This document shows, one piece after another, positions 18,068 to 26,757 of a stretch of 34,490 bases of DNA; within the stretch, counting starts at the first letter, position 1; the number at the start of each line of letters is the position of its first letter. Under the pieces are notes generated by a model. It was not told the origin of the DNA, ran no database searches, and was given only the letters and a program-made list of their open reading frames with translations. Made by a program: the position numbers and the translations under genes. The stretch covers positions 1-34,490 of the forward strand of contig CADBFJ010000021.1 in the NCBI GenBank assembly GCA_902793915.1, written 5' to 3'. Origin of the DNA: an uncultured Ruminococcus sp. (GTDB lineage: Bacteria; Bacillota; Clostridia; Oscillospirales; CAG-272).

Positions 18068-18388
18068 TTACTCCTGCGCTTTCTTCCTTTTCTCGAAGCA
18101 CGCACTGCAGTAGACGGGTCTGTCGGGAGACGGCTGGAAGGTCAGCTTTGCCTCTCCGCCACAGTCTGCGCAAACCGCCGTGAAGTATTCACGGGGTGCT
18201 CTGCCTGCGTTTTTCTTGGCATCGCGGCAGGCTTTGCAAGCCTTGGGCTTGTTGAGGAAGCCTTTTTCCGCATAGAATGCCTGTTCGCCGGCGGTGAACA
18301 CAAACTCTTTGCCGCAATCCTTGCAGACCAGAGTTTCATCCACAAACTGGGTTTCATTCTCTGCATTGTAGTTTTCGGTCTCGATCAT
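18068..18388 (-). CDS. Zinc-ribbon protein with CxxC...CxxC and CxxC-x17-CxxC modules
   Basis: CKDC-x25-CKAC (with the FYAEKGF segment) and CADC-x17-CSAC are present. 106 aa, with an AGAGGG RBS. Confidence 0.75.
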   Translation of the reverse strand: MIETENYNAENETQFVDETLVCKDCGKEFVFTAGEQAFYAEKGFLNKPKACKACRDAKKNAGRAPREYFTAVCADCGGEAKLTFQPSPDRPVYCSACFEKRKKAQE

Positions 18389-18481
18389 CTCTGTACCCTC
18401 TTTTGTGTATTTACCGATCTGCGGACTGGCTACCGCAATCTCTGCCGCAAAACGGCAACGCTTTTTTAAGCTATATCGGCA

Positions 18482-19048
18482 TTAAGGATTCGGAATTGTG
18501 CTTCGTAACTTTTGGCGGATGCGATAGATCGCGTTGGTCACCGACTTTTCGTCCTTTCCAACCCGTGCGGCAATTTCCCGCGGCGTTCTGCCGGCAACGA
18601 AAAGCCACCAGACCTTTGACTCGTAGTCCGAAAGCTGTTCCTGCACTTTGCGGCAAAGCTCGTGGTAGGACTCGTCCTCGATCACAATGTCGGTGGGGCT
18701 GGGAACCGCTACTCCGTCGTCAGGGAACTCATCCACGGTCGGTTCCTTTTTGGAGCGCAGGTAGGAAACAATACCGTTGTAGATGCAGGTCCTGGCAAAA
18801 GGAATAAAAGCGGCGTCCGCTTTTGCGGGGTCAAACTTGAGGACGGCTTGGTGGAAAGAAAGCGTTGCTTCCTGCTCCAGTTCGCCCTTGTCAAGTCTTT
18901 GGTTCCCGGAACAAAAGTGGTGCACAAGCGCTTCCAACATTGGGCGGAAGGAGCGGAGCAGTTCCTCAAACGCCGCATCGTCTCTTGCTTTTGCTTTTTG
19001 GATGAGAGAGAGCAGTGCATCTTCGTTCAGGAAAAGAGATTCGCTCAT
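18482..19048 (-). CDS. Sigma-70 family RNA polymerase sigma factor (region 2 plus region 4)
   Basis: Region 2-like segments are DDAAFEELLRSFRPMLEALV and FIPFARTCIYNGIVSYLR. The region 4 HTH is GRTPREIAARVGKDEKSVTNAIYRIRQKL. The start is taken as ATG 19048, with 19084 as an alternative. Confidence 0.8.
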   Translation of the reverse strand: MSESLFLNEDALLSLIQKAKARDDAAFEELLRSFRPMLEALVHHFCSGNQRLDKGELEQEATLSFHQAVLKFDPAKADAAFIPFARTCIYNGIVSYLRSKKEPTVDEFPDDGVAVPSPTDIVIEDESYHELCRKVQEQLSDYESKVWWLFVAGRTPREIAARVGKDEKSVTNAIYRIRQKLRSTIPNP

Positions 19049-19115
19049 ACAGTTACCAATGCCTTTCTTCGGGACAACCGTCAAAAGATACGAATGTAAT
19101 TCTGTATCACCTTTT

Positions 19116-19143
19116 AGTATATCACAATTTTGACGAATGTCAA
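19116..19143 (-). promoter_or_regulatory. Sigma-A-type promoter for the sigma-factor gene
   Basis: The minus strand reads TTGACA, a 16-nt spacer, then TATACT with a TGa extended -10. The -35 element is embedded in the palindrome TTGAC-GAAT-GTCAA (19130-19143). Confidence 0.6.
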
Positions 19144-19261
19144 GATGGTTTTAGGGGATTTTTTTGTCGAAAATGAACATATTTTTAGCCGAGTGGGGAT
19201 AATTGACAAACGAAAGAAGCGCTTTTTTTGCTCTTTTGACAAGTTCTTGCAATAACTTTAT

Positions 19262-19310
19262 CTAAAATAAACAATCTGCGGACAACATTCTTGTTGAAGT
19301 TTGTCCGCAG
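19262..19310 (-). terminator. Rho-independent terminator after the DUF4364 gene
   Basis: A 10-bp stem CTGCGGACAA / TTGTCCGCAG is followed on the minus strand by ATTGTTTATTTT. Confidence 0.75.
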
Positions 19311-19369
19311 AAGTTCGTTGGAAAAAGCCGAAAATGCAGGATGAACGTTGGACTTTCGGGCTGTGCGAC

Positions 19370-19936
19370 TCAAAAAACGGGTTTGTCGAAGAGGTAATCC
19401 ACATTGCCGGAAAGCAGTGCGATCATGCCGCGGTAGATCACTTCGGGTCGGTCGCGGAAGGTTTCGCGCATCTGGCGCGCCCGGTATTCCGAATCGACCG
19501 CAAGTTTGGTGGAGAGTAAAACTTTGCCGTCCTCTTTGAGCGTCAGTGTGACGTAATAGGAGCGGTCTCCCGCGCTTTCGGTATCACATTCGACCGTGAC
19601 CTTCCGTTGCTTGAAATCAAGATAGCGCAGCGCTGCGGAAAGGCTTTTGTCAAGGATCGAGGGAAGGATCTCGCCACCGAGTTCTTCGGCGACCACGATC
19701 CCGCGCTTTGTGACGGCGTAGAGCGGTTCGTCCTTGTCGTTCTTTCCGACTTCTTCGATCAATCCGAGGTCGAGCATTTCGTGAAAAGCGACCGCAAAAT
19801 CAAGGTAGAGGATGAAGTCGGTCTGCATCACGATGTCGTTGATTGTTACGTAGTCGAGCGGGTAGTGGATATTTTTCATCAGGTAGAGGACAAAAATCTT
19901 CACCTGGTTCATGTTTCCGATGTGAGGCAAAACCAA
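19370..19936 (-). CDS. DUF4364-family protein (probable winged-helix regulator)
   Basis: The overall sequence resembles the clostridial DUF4364 family. GGAGG lies at 19939-19943. The start is ambiguous among TTG 19936, TTG 19930 and ATG 19912. Confidence 0.7.
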   Translation of the reverse strand: MVLPHIGNMNQVKIFVLYLMKNIHYPLDYVTINDIVMQTDFILYLDFAVAFHEMLDLGLIEEVGKNDKDEPLYAVTKRGIVVAEELGGEILPSILDKSLSAALRYLDFKQRKVTVECDTESAGDRSYYVTLTLKEDGKVLLSTKLAVDSEYRARQMRETFRDRPEVIYRGMIALLSGNVDYLFDKPVF

Positions 19937-19994
19937 TCCCTCCTTTTTTGTTTTTTCATTTTACCATGTTTTTTGCTTTTTTTCAAGAGCTTTC

Positions 19995-20023
19995 TTGCAA
20001 AAAGCACTTGTTTGTGTTATACT
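19995..20023 (+). promoter_or_regulatory. Sigma-A-type promoter for hom
   Basis: TTGCAA, a 17-nt spacer, then TATACT with a TGt extended -10. It lies 40 nt upstream of ATG 20063. Confidence 0.6.
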
Positions 20024-20062
20024 GTTTTCAAAGTTGAAACACAGCATGGAGAGGATATTTTT

Positions 20063-21280
20063 ATGATTCAAATTGCCATTCTCGGGTTTGGCGTGGTCGG
20101 CAGCGGCGCTGCGGAAGTCCTGACCGAAAACAAAGCGCTGATCGCCGCGCATTGCGGAGAAGAGCTTAATATCAAATACATTCTGGATCTGCGCGAGTTT
20201 CCCGATCATCCCTTGGGAGATCGCGTGATCCACGACGTCAATCTGATCCTTAACGATCCCGAAGTCCGCGTTGTTCTGGAAATGATGGGCGGCTCTCATC
20301 CGGCGTACGATTTTACCAAAGCCGCACTGCTTGCCGGCAAGAGCGTGGTTACCTCCAACAAGGAAGTGGTCTCGAACTTCGGCGTCGAGCTCTTGAAAGT
20401 GGCAAAAGAGAAGGGTGTTTCCTATCTCTTTGAAGCCAGCGTCGGCGGCGGTATTCCGATCATCCGCCCGCTTCAGACCGATCTTTCTTCCAACGAGATC
20501 CTCGCGATCAGCGGGATCCTCAACGGAACAACCAACTATATCCTCACCAAAATGAAAAACGAGGGCGCGGCGTTCTCGGACGTTTTGAAAGAAGCCCAGA
20601 GACTGGGATATGCCGAAGCCGATCCGACCGCCGACGTCGAAGGGATTGACGCCGCACGCAAGATCTCGATTTTGGCGGCGCTCGCTTTTGGGAAGTTGCA
20701 GGATCCCAAAACGATCTCTACCGTCGGTATCAGCGGCATTACGAAGGACTATACCGCGGTTGCCGAGCGTTTCGGCTCTGTGGTCAAGCTTATCGGACAC
20801 ACCGAAAAGGTCGAGGGGAAAGTGCTTTCGTTCGTTTCTCCCTGTCTCGTTCCCGACTCCAACCCGATCGCGCACGTTGACGGCGTGTTCAACGGGATCC
20901 TCGTGGATGCCAATATGCTGGGACGGAGCTTCTTCTACGGCGCGGGGGCAGGCAAGCTGCCGACCGCAAGCGCGGTGGTAGCGGATCTCATTCAGATCGC
21001 AAAATCTTTGCAGAAGCCGCCGAAATGCCCGACTTGGGAGACGGCAAGCGAAAAAGACCTTGCCGCGACCGACGCGTTTGTTTGCCGCCGCGTTTATGCG
21101 GTGGAGGGCTGTCACAAGTGCGCTGAAAAGGCAAGTGCCGCGTTTGGAAGCGAGCGCATCGAGTTCTTTGACGGCGGATTTTTCGCAATTCTTGTACCCT
21201 CTATGAGCGGAAAAGCAGCGGCGGAACGCTTTGCCAAAACCGGACTTGCCGCAAAATTCGTTTTGCCGGTTCTCGATTGA
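20063..21280 (+). CDS. hom: Homoserine dehydrogenase (with C-terminal ACT-like domain)
   Basis: GGAGAGGA RBS. It has the Rossmann motif ILGFGVVGSG plus the VTSNKE, EASVGGGIPII, GILNGTTNYIL and AEADPTADVEG motifs. Confidence 0.9.
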   Translation: MIQIAILGFGVVGSGAAEVLTENKALIAAHCGEELNIKYILDLREFPDHPLGDRVIHDVNLILNDPEVRVVLEMMGGSHPAYDFTKAALLAGKSVVTSNKEVVSNFGVELLKVAKEKGVSYLFEASVGGGIPIIRPLQTDLSSNEILAISGILNGTTNYILTKMKNEGAAFSDVLKEAQRLGYAEADPTADVEGIDAARKISILAALAFGKLQDPKTISTVGISGITKDYTAVAERFGSVVKLIGHTEKVEGKVLSFVSPCLVPDSNPIAHVDGVFNGILVDANMLGRSFFYGAGAGKLPTASAVVADLIQIAKSLQKPPKCPTWETASEKDLAATDAFVCRRVYAVEGCHKCAEKASAAFGSERIEFFDGGFFAILVPSMSGKAAAERFAKTGLAAKFVLPVLD

Positions 21281-21349
21281 TTTTTCCTTTTCATACATGA
21301 TAGGTCGTAAAATGGCGGATACTTTCAAAAAATCCTTCAGAGGTACCCG

Positions 21350-22723
21350 ATGAAACAAGCCGTTTCCGAACAAGAACGCCGGGACGAGATGCTCTCTCGT
21401 CCCGTTTCGCGCGTCGTTGCAAAGTTGGCTTTGCCCGCCGTGGTGACGCAGCTCATTACGCTGATTTATAACACGGCGGATACCTATTTCGTATCGCAAA
21501 TCAACAAATCCGCATCGGCGGCGGTTGGGGCGGCTTTTGCCGTTATGTCGCTCATCCATGCGGTTGGGTTCGGGTTTGCCATGGGAGCGTCAAGCCTGTG
21601 CAGCAGGAATCTTGGCGCAAGCAAGAAAAAAGACGCCGAAGTCTATGCCAACAGCGCTTTTGCGGGGGCAATTCTCTCGGGCGTCCTTTTGTGTGTTCTG
21701 GGGCTTTCGCTTTTGCATCCGATCCTGCATCTCGTGGGCTGCTCCGAAACGATGCTCCCTTATGCGATCCCTTATGCAAAATGGATCCTCTTTGCCGCAC
21801 CGCTCCTTTGCGGAACCTTTGTCCTCAACAACGTGTTGCGCTCGGAAGGGCAGGCTGCCTATTCGATGATCGGCACGCTCAGCGGCGGCTTTCTCAACAT
21901 GGCGCTTGATCCGCTCTTTATTTTCAAATTCAACATGGGAACGGCGGGCGCCGCGCTCGCAACCGCGATCGGCATGGGGGTTAGCTTTCTCGTCCTTCTC
22001 GCCCGCTATCTTTCCGGGAGAACCATTATCAAACTGGGCTTTTCCAAGATCAGCCGCCGACCGAAAACCTATTGGCAGATCCTTTCCACCGGCTTTCCCA
22101 CCATTTGCAGGCAGGGCTGGGCGAGTGTGTCTGCGGCGGCGCTGAACACCATGGCGGTCGGCTATGGGGATGCGGCGGTTGCTGCAATGGCAATTGCAAA
22201 CAAGTGCTATATGCTGGCGCGCAACATCGTCCTTGGCGTGGGACAGGGTTTTCAGCCTGTTGCGGGTTACAACTACGGAGCAAAGCAATACGACCGCACC
22301 AAACGCGCTTTTTGGTTTTCCACCTGTGTGGGCAGCGCTTTTTGCGTCGTGCTTTGCGCGGCCTTTGCCGTCTTTTCAAGGCAGATCATGGGGCTTTTTA
22401 TCAAGGACGATGAGGTGATCGCTTTCGGGAGCGCCGCGCTGCGCTTTTGCAGTATGGTTCTCCCCGTACTTGCCTTTTCGACCTACGTCAATCAGCTTTA
22501 CCAAAGCCTTGGCTTTCGCTGGCAGGCGACCCTGCTTGCTTCGCTTCGGCAAGGGATCTTCTTTTTGCCGATCGTTCTTTTGCTCCCGCGCCTTGTGGGA
22601 GAGATCGGCGTCCAGGCGGCGCAACCGCTTTCGGATTTTTTCACCTTCCTTGTATCGGTACCATTTCTCATCGTCTTTTTGAAAAAGCATCTGAAAGATC
22701 CCAATCAAACGAAAAGTCCGTAG
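21350..22723 (+). CDS. MATE family efflux transporter
   Basis: 457 aa with 12 TM segments. The N-terminal LALPAVVTQLITLIYNTADTYFVSQ motif is typical of MATE/NorM-like pumps. Confidence 0.9.
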   Translation: MKQAVSEQERRDEMLSRPVSRVVAKLALPAVVTQLITLIYNTADTYFVSQINKSASAAVGAAFAVMSLIHAVGFGFAMGASSLCSRNLGASKKKDAEVYANSAFAGAILSGVLLCVLGLSLLHPILHLVGCSETMLPYAIPYAKWILFAAPLLCGTFVLNNVLRSEGQAAYSMIGTLSGGFLNMALDPLFIFKFNMGTAGAALATAIGMGVSFLVLLARYLSGRTIIKLGFSKISRRPKTYWQILSTGFPTICRQGWASVSAAALNTMAVGYGDAAVAAMAIANKCYMLARNIVLGVGQGFQPVAGYNYGAKQYDRTKRAFWFSTCVGSAFCVVLCAAFAVFSRQIMGLFIKDDEVIAFGSAALRFCSMVLPVLAFSTYVNQLYQSLGFRWQATLLASLRQGIFFLPIVLLLPRLVGEIGVQAAQPLSDFFTFLVSVPFLIVFLKKHLKDPNQTKSP

Positions 22724-22746
22724 TGTTCGCTACGGACTTTTTCTTT
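22712..22746. terminator. Bidirectional terminator between the MATE gene and the convergent mecA-like gene
   Basis: Stem AAAAGTCCGTAG / CTACGGACTTTT with loop TGTTCG. The stem overlaps the MATE stop codon and has T-runs on both strands. Confidence 0.7.
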
Positions 22747-23334
22747 TCAGACGCAAGAGGCAAGGATCGAAACAGCCGAGGAAAGACAGATGATTTTTCC
22801 GTATTCCGAAAGGTAGAGCTTTGCGTCGGTCACGCTCTCCTGCCTGCCGTATTCCGAGAGGAATAAGAGCTCCTCGGGCATTTCAAACGGATGCCCCGAG
22901 AGAATGCCGAGAAAGAGAAAACAAGCGTTTTTCTCATCGATGTAGGCTTGGCTCTCTCCGATGTATCCCATGCGGTAAAGTCGTTTGCAAGCCAAGAGAA
23001 GCGCCTCCATTTCGGAAAAGCGGAAGGCGTATTCTTTATGAAACCCCGCAATTCCCTTCGGCGGTCGCGGAGCGTCTGTCACCTCTTTTTCTTCCTTTTC
23101 GTTTAAGTGACTGATGAACATTTCGCAACCGCCCTCCCTCGACGGAAAATACTGGATTGAAAGCTCGCTCTCGCCCGGATCAAAGCCGCAATCTTCTTTG
23201 ATTTCGGCAAGAAGCATTCGGAACGCGCTGTGCAGTTCCTCTCCCTCGTCATCGGGATCCAGATGAAAGCGCTCAACGTCGTCGGATGTGAGCATAACTT
23301 TCAGCCTGCAATGGCTTATGCGGATGAGTTCCAT
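22747..23334 (-). CDS. Adaptor protein MecA-like
   Basis: The start is at the Met of MELIRISHCRLKVMLTSDDVERFHLD (MecA-like N-terminus). An acidic linker is present. The C-terminal LSEYGKIICLSSAV resembles the MecA C-terminal domain. The upstream part of ORF 22747-23718 was rejected. Confidence 0.7.
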   Translation of the reverse strand: MELIRISHCRLKVMLTSDDVERFHLDPDDEGEELHSAFRMLLAEIKEDCGFDPGESELSIQYFPSREGGCEMFISHLNEKEEKEVTDAPRPPKGIAGFHKEYAFRFSEMEALLLACKRLYRMGYIGESQAYIDEKNACFLFLGILSGHPFEMPEELLFLSEYGRQESVTDAKLYLSEYGKIICLSSAVSILASCV

Positions 23335-23437
23335 AGCGATTCCTTCCCGAATATCTTTCGATATTCTCGTTTGCCTTATAGTATCATTATAATCGTGAGG
23401 AAAGCAAAATGGAACCCCTAAAAATCTGGTAATTTCG

Positions 23438-23467
23438 TTGACAGCCCGATCTGTTCCGTGGTAAAAT
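23438..23467 (+). promoter_or_regulatory. Candidate sigma-A promoter for nnr
   Basis: TTGACA, an 18-nt spacer, then TAAAAT with a TGg extended -10. Confidence 0.5.
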
Positions 23468-23499
23468 GGTAAAAACTGCAAGCCGAGGAAAAAAACGCC

Positions 23500-24993
23500 A
23501 TGAAACCTCTTGTTACCGCTGAAACACAAAAGAAGATGGAAGAAATTTCCATCAAAAATCAATGCACCGAGCGGGATTTGATCGACCGAGCCGCAAAAGG
23601 GCTTTTTTCGGCATACGATTGGCGCTCCCCGGCGCTCATTGTTTGCGGGAGCGGAAACAACGCTTCGGACGGATATGCGCTCGCCCTGCTTTTGCGGGCG
23701 GCAAGGATCGATTGTCATATCCTTTGCCTGACCGAAAAAGCGACCGAAGCGGGAAAAGAACTCCTTGCCGAGTGCAAAGCAGCCGGTATCCCGATCTTTT
23801 TCTATGACGAAGCCTTTTCTCTTTCACCCTATGAAGAAATTGTGGACTGTATGCTGGGGATCGGTTTTTCGGGCAAGCTGCGCTCTCCCTTTTTAGAAAT
23901 GATTGCGAAAATCAACGCCAGCGGAAAACCTGTGATCTCCGCGGACATCAACAGCGGACTTGCATCTGACAGCGGGCAGGGAAAAGACGCAATCCGATCG
24001 GATCTGACCGTTACGTTCGGAGAGCGCAAGGCGGGGCTTTATCTTGCCGACGGCAGGGACCTTGTCGGGCGCGTGGAGTGCATTGACATCGGACTTGAAC
24101 GCGCGTCTTTTCGGCTTGCGCTTGCCGAAGCCGAGGATTTCTCCGATCTTTTGAAAGCGAGAAAACACAACTCCCACAAAGGGGATTACGGCTATGTTTC
24201 GATCTTCGGCGGCTCTGCCGAATATGCCGGTGCGATCAAGCTCGCAAACCTTGCGCTTTCGGCTTTGCGTTCGGGGTGCGGCGTCTCTCGTTTGATCCTG
24301 CCTGCCTCGCTTGCGGGGAGTGTTTCCCCCTATCTACTGGAAAGCACGCTTTGCCTTCTTCCCGACAAGGACGGGCACGCGCTGTTTGACGAAGAAAAAC
24401 TCGCCGCGGCACTGGCGCGGCAAAAGGCGCTTGCCATTGGGATGGGGTGGGGGAAGTCGCCCGAAAACAAAAAGATCCTCACTTGGGTTTTGGAGCATCT
24501 TGAGATTCCGCTTGTCATCGACGCCGACGGGCTGAACACGCTTGCCGAACTGGACGAAGCCCTGCTTGCTTCCTATCGCGGTCAGGTGATCTTGACACCC
24601 CATGCAAAAGAGTTTGAGCGCTTGACAAAGATCCCGATGGGTGAGATCCTGCAAACCCCTTTGGAAATTGCAACAAATTACGCGAAGCGCACGGGGGCGA
24701 TCCTGCTCCTCAAAGGCGCTACCACCATTGTTACCGACGGCGAAAACACCCGCCTTGTGGCAAGAGGTTGCCCCGGCATGGCAACTGCGGGGAGCGGCGA
24801 CGTCCTTTCGGGGATCCTTGCGGGGCTGCTCGGATATTTGCCGCCGGAATTGCATACTGTTTCTTTCGGAGCCTACCTCGCCGGAGTCGCGGGGGAACTT
24901 GCGGAAGCCGAGGTGGGGAGCGTGAGCATGACTTCGTCGGATACGGTGCGAAAAATCCCGCAAGCCATTTCGCTTTTTTTGCCAAAAACTTGA
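23500..24993 (+). CDS. nnr: Bifunctional NAD(P)H-hydrate repair enzyme (epimerase plus ADP-dependent dehydratase)
   Basis: The N-terminal YjeF_N domain has CGSGNNASDGYALA. The C-terminal carbohydrate-kinase-like domain has GDYGYVSIFGGSAEYAGA and ATAGSGDVLSG. Confidence 0.9.
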   Translation: MKPLVTAETQKKMEEISIKNQCTERDLIDRAAKGLFSAYDWRSPALIVCGSGNNASDGYALALLLRAARIDCHILCLTEKATEAGKELLAECKAAGIPIFFYDEAFSLSPYEEIVDCMLGIGFSGKLRSPFLEMIAKINASGKPVISADINSGLASDSGQGKDAIRSDLTVTFGERKAGLYLADGRDLVGRVECIDIGLERASFRLALAEAEDFSDLLKARKHNSHKGDYGYVSIFGGSAEYAGAIKLANLALSALRSGCGVSRLILPASLAGSVSPYLLESTLCLLPDKDGHALFDEEKLAAALARQKALAIGMGWGKSPENKKILTWVLEHLEIPLVIDADGLNTLAELDEALLASYRGQVILTPHAKEFERLTKIPMGEILQTPLEIATNYAKRTGAILLLKGATTIVTDGENTRLVARGCPGMATAGSGDVLSGILAGLLGYLPPELHTVSFGAYLAGVAGELAEAEVGSVSMTSSDTVRKIPQAISLFLPKT

Positions 24994-25089
24994 CTTTTTT
25001 GACAAGGTGTGATAAACTGAAAGCTGTATGGAATCGGAAAAGGACTTCCGCTTTTTTTACGAAACATCAATTATAACAGAGGTAGTATA

Positions 25090-25953
25090 ATGAAGTACGT
25101 TGTCTTGTACAATCCGCTGTCTGCGGGCGGCACGGGTAAGGTCGCCGCAGAAAAGGTCCGCTCTTTGATCCCGGATGCCGAATGGAGTTTTTCGGACGTT
25201 CGAGAGATCGGTTCCACAGCTTCTTTTTTTGCGTCCCTTTCTCCCGAGGATGCCGTTGTGCTGACCGGTGGAGACGGTACGCTCAATCATTTTGCAAACG
25301 ATGTCGACGGGCTCGATATTCCAAATAAAATTTTCTATTTTGCAGGTGGTACCGGAAACGATTTCCGCACCGACGTGGCTCCCGGCAACGAGGGGCTCAT
25401 TGAAATCGGCGAGTACCTAAAAGACCTGCCGACCGTTACGGTCAACGGCGTGACCCGCCGTTTCCTCAACGGCGTTGGCTACGGCATTGACGGCTATTGC
25501 TGTGAAGTCGGCGACAAGCTGGCAAAAGAATCGAATAAACCGGTCAACTATACCGCGATCGCCATTAAAGGACTTTTATTTTACTACCATACCACCAAAG
25601 CAACGATCACGGTGGACGGCAAGACGCACGTTTTTGAGCACGTCTGGCTTGCGCCGACCATGAAGGGTCGCTATTACGGCGGCGGTATGATGGTTGCCCC
25701 CGCGCAGGATCGTAAGAACCCCGACGGCAGCGTTACGGTCGTTGTGATGCACTGCCGCAGCAAACTCAAGACGCTTGCCGTTTTTCCCTCTATCTTTCAG
25801 GGGAAACATATCGAGCACCCCGAAATGGTCTCGACTTTTACCGGACACGAGATTACCGTGCGCTTTGATCGTCCGACCGCCCTCCAGATCGACGGCGAAA
25901 CGGTCCTGAACGTGACCGAGTATAAAGTTTCGACCGGCAGAAAGACAGACTAA
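25090..25953 (+). CDS. Diacylglycerol/lipid kinase family protein (YegS/BmrU type)
   Basis: GGDGTLNH motif. The 287-aa length and DAGK catalytic-domain layout fit the family. Confidence 0.85.
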   Translation: MKYVVLYNPLSAGGTGKVAAEKVRSLIPDAEWSFSDVREIGSTASFFASLSPEDAVVLTGGDGTLNHFANDVDGLDIPNKIFYFAGGTGNDFRTDVAPGNEGLIEIGEYLKDLPTVTVNGVTRRFLNGVGYGIDGYCCEVGDKLAKESNKPVNYTAIAIKGLLFYYHTTKATITVDGKTHVFEHVWLAPTMKGRYYGGGMMVAPAQDRKNPDGSVTVVVMHCRSKLKTLAVFPSIFQGKHIEHPEMVSTFTGHEITVRFDRPTALQIDGETVLNVTEYKVSTGRKTD

Positions 25954-25958
25954 ACAAG

Positions 25959-26756
25959 ATGTTAAATCTCATCTTCTTTCTTTTCGGCGGAGCGGGGGCG
26001 TGCGCGCTGTGCGCCGCAGCAAGCCTTTCCTTTTGGTGGTTAGCACCGCTTTGGATCGGCTTTTATCTTGCTTTGACGCTTGTCTTTTTCCTTCTCTTCC
26101 TTTTGCTTGTGCCGATCGCGACCCGCAAGCCGAATCCCGCAAAGCCAAACCGCTTTTCCATGCGGCTTTTGCATTTTATGGCCGCGTGGCTTATGGGATT
26201 TTTCTGGGTGCGCGTCAAAAAAGAGGGCTTTGAAAAGATCCCCTCCGGTCCTGTGGTGCTGATCGCCAATCATGTATCCAACTTTGACCCGATCGCGCTC
26301 ATGTCAGTTTACACGGATAAAATCATCTTTATTTCCAAAGAGTCTAATTTTCACATCCCGATCGCGGGTGCACTGATGCGAAAAGCCGGTTATCTTTCGA
26401 TCGACCGCGAGAACGGCATGCGCGCGCTCCGCACGCTCAAGACTGCCGCTGACCTTGTGGCAAACGAAACAGTCAGCGTCGGCATCTACCCCGAAGGCAC
26501 GCGAAGCAAAAGCGGGGAATTGCAGGAGTTTAAGGAAGGCGCTTTTTACCTTGCCAAAAAAGCAAAGGTGCCGGTTGTGGTCATGGCGACTTCCAACACA
26601 CAAAAAATCTCTCCCGCAAAGCGCATTTTGCGCCCCTTGACGGTCAAACTCCGCGTACTCGATGTCTGGCAGCCGGATTTGATTGCCGCGGCTTCTTCCG
26701 CCGAGCTTGCCCAAAAGGCGCATGACGCGATCCTTGCGGGGCTTGCCAAGCTTTAA
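25959..26756 (+). CDS. plsC: 1-acyl-sn-glycerol-3-phosphate acyltransferase
   Basis: It has the NHVSNFDP (HX4D) and YPEGTRS motifs and N-terminal TM helices. Confidence 0.85.
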   Translation: MLNLIFFLFGGAGACALCAAASLSFWWLAPLWIGFYLALTLVFFLLFLLLVPIATRKPNPAKPNRFSMRLLHFMAAWLMGFFWVRVKKEGFEKIPSGPVVLIANHVSNFDPIALMSVYTDKIIFISKESNFHIPIAGALMRKAGYLSIDRENGMRALRTLKTAADLVANETVSVGIYPEGTRSKSGELQEFKEGAFYLAKKAKVPVVVMATSNTQKISPAKRILRPLTVKLRVLDVWQPDLIAAASSAELAQKAHDAILAGLAKL

Positions 26757-26757
26757 G

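Noticed and set aside
19203-19264. Plus-strand TTGACA hexamers that could drive a transcript antisense to DUF4364.
   Set aside because: The best -10 candidate (TATCTA) is weak and no plus-strand gene follows. The hexamers are retained only as possible operator-like motifs in the sigma locus finding.
19185-19373. A 62-aa basic ORF in the DUF4364-sigma intergenic region, considered as a possible small regulator or anti-sigma factor.
   Set aside because: It has no RBS, it reads straight through the terminator hairpin (19276-19310), and its composition looks non-coding.
19607-20062. The N-terminal 152 codons of the 557-aa ORF that contains hom.
   Set aside because: This part overlaps the DUF4364 gene on the other strand and the hom promoter. 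Homoserine dehydrogenase begins at MIQIAILGFGVVGSG (ATG 20063), which has a GGAGAGGA RBS.
19961-21559. A 532-aa minus-strand ORF. The same pattern holds for 27363-28610 (415 aa), 5426-6583 (385 aa), 1352-2269 (305 aa), 10918-11796 (292 aa) and 31382-32260 (292 aa).
   Set aside because: Each is antisense to a confidently identified gene (hom, glyA, the MFS transporter, SIS/EamA, the exonuclease and tex). They are Arg/Gly/His-rich and typical shadow ORFs of GC-rich coding DNA.
23335-23718. The upstream 128 codons of the 323-aa ORF that contains the mecA-like gene.
   Set aside because: There is no motif, the segment overlaps the nnr start and promoter, and the MecA-like N-terminus starts at MELIRIS (23334) with an RBS.
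24990-25058. A possible promoter (TTGACT-17-TAAACT) followed by a short hairpin plus T-run (25035-25058) before the lipid kinase gene, considered as a leader or attenuator.
   Set aside because: The stem is only 5 bp and the region is about 95 nt, too short for a known riboswitch or T-box. It is more simply a weak nnr terminator with a chance promoter-like match.
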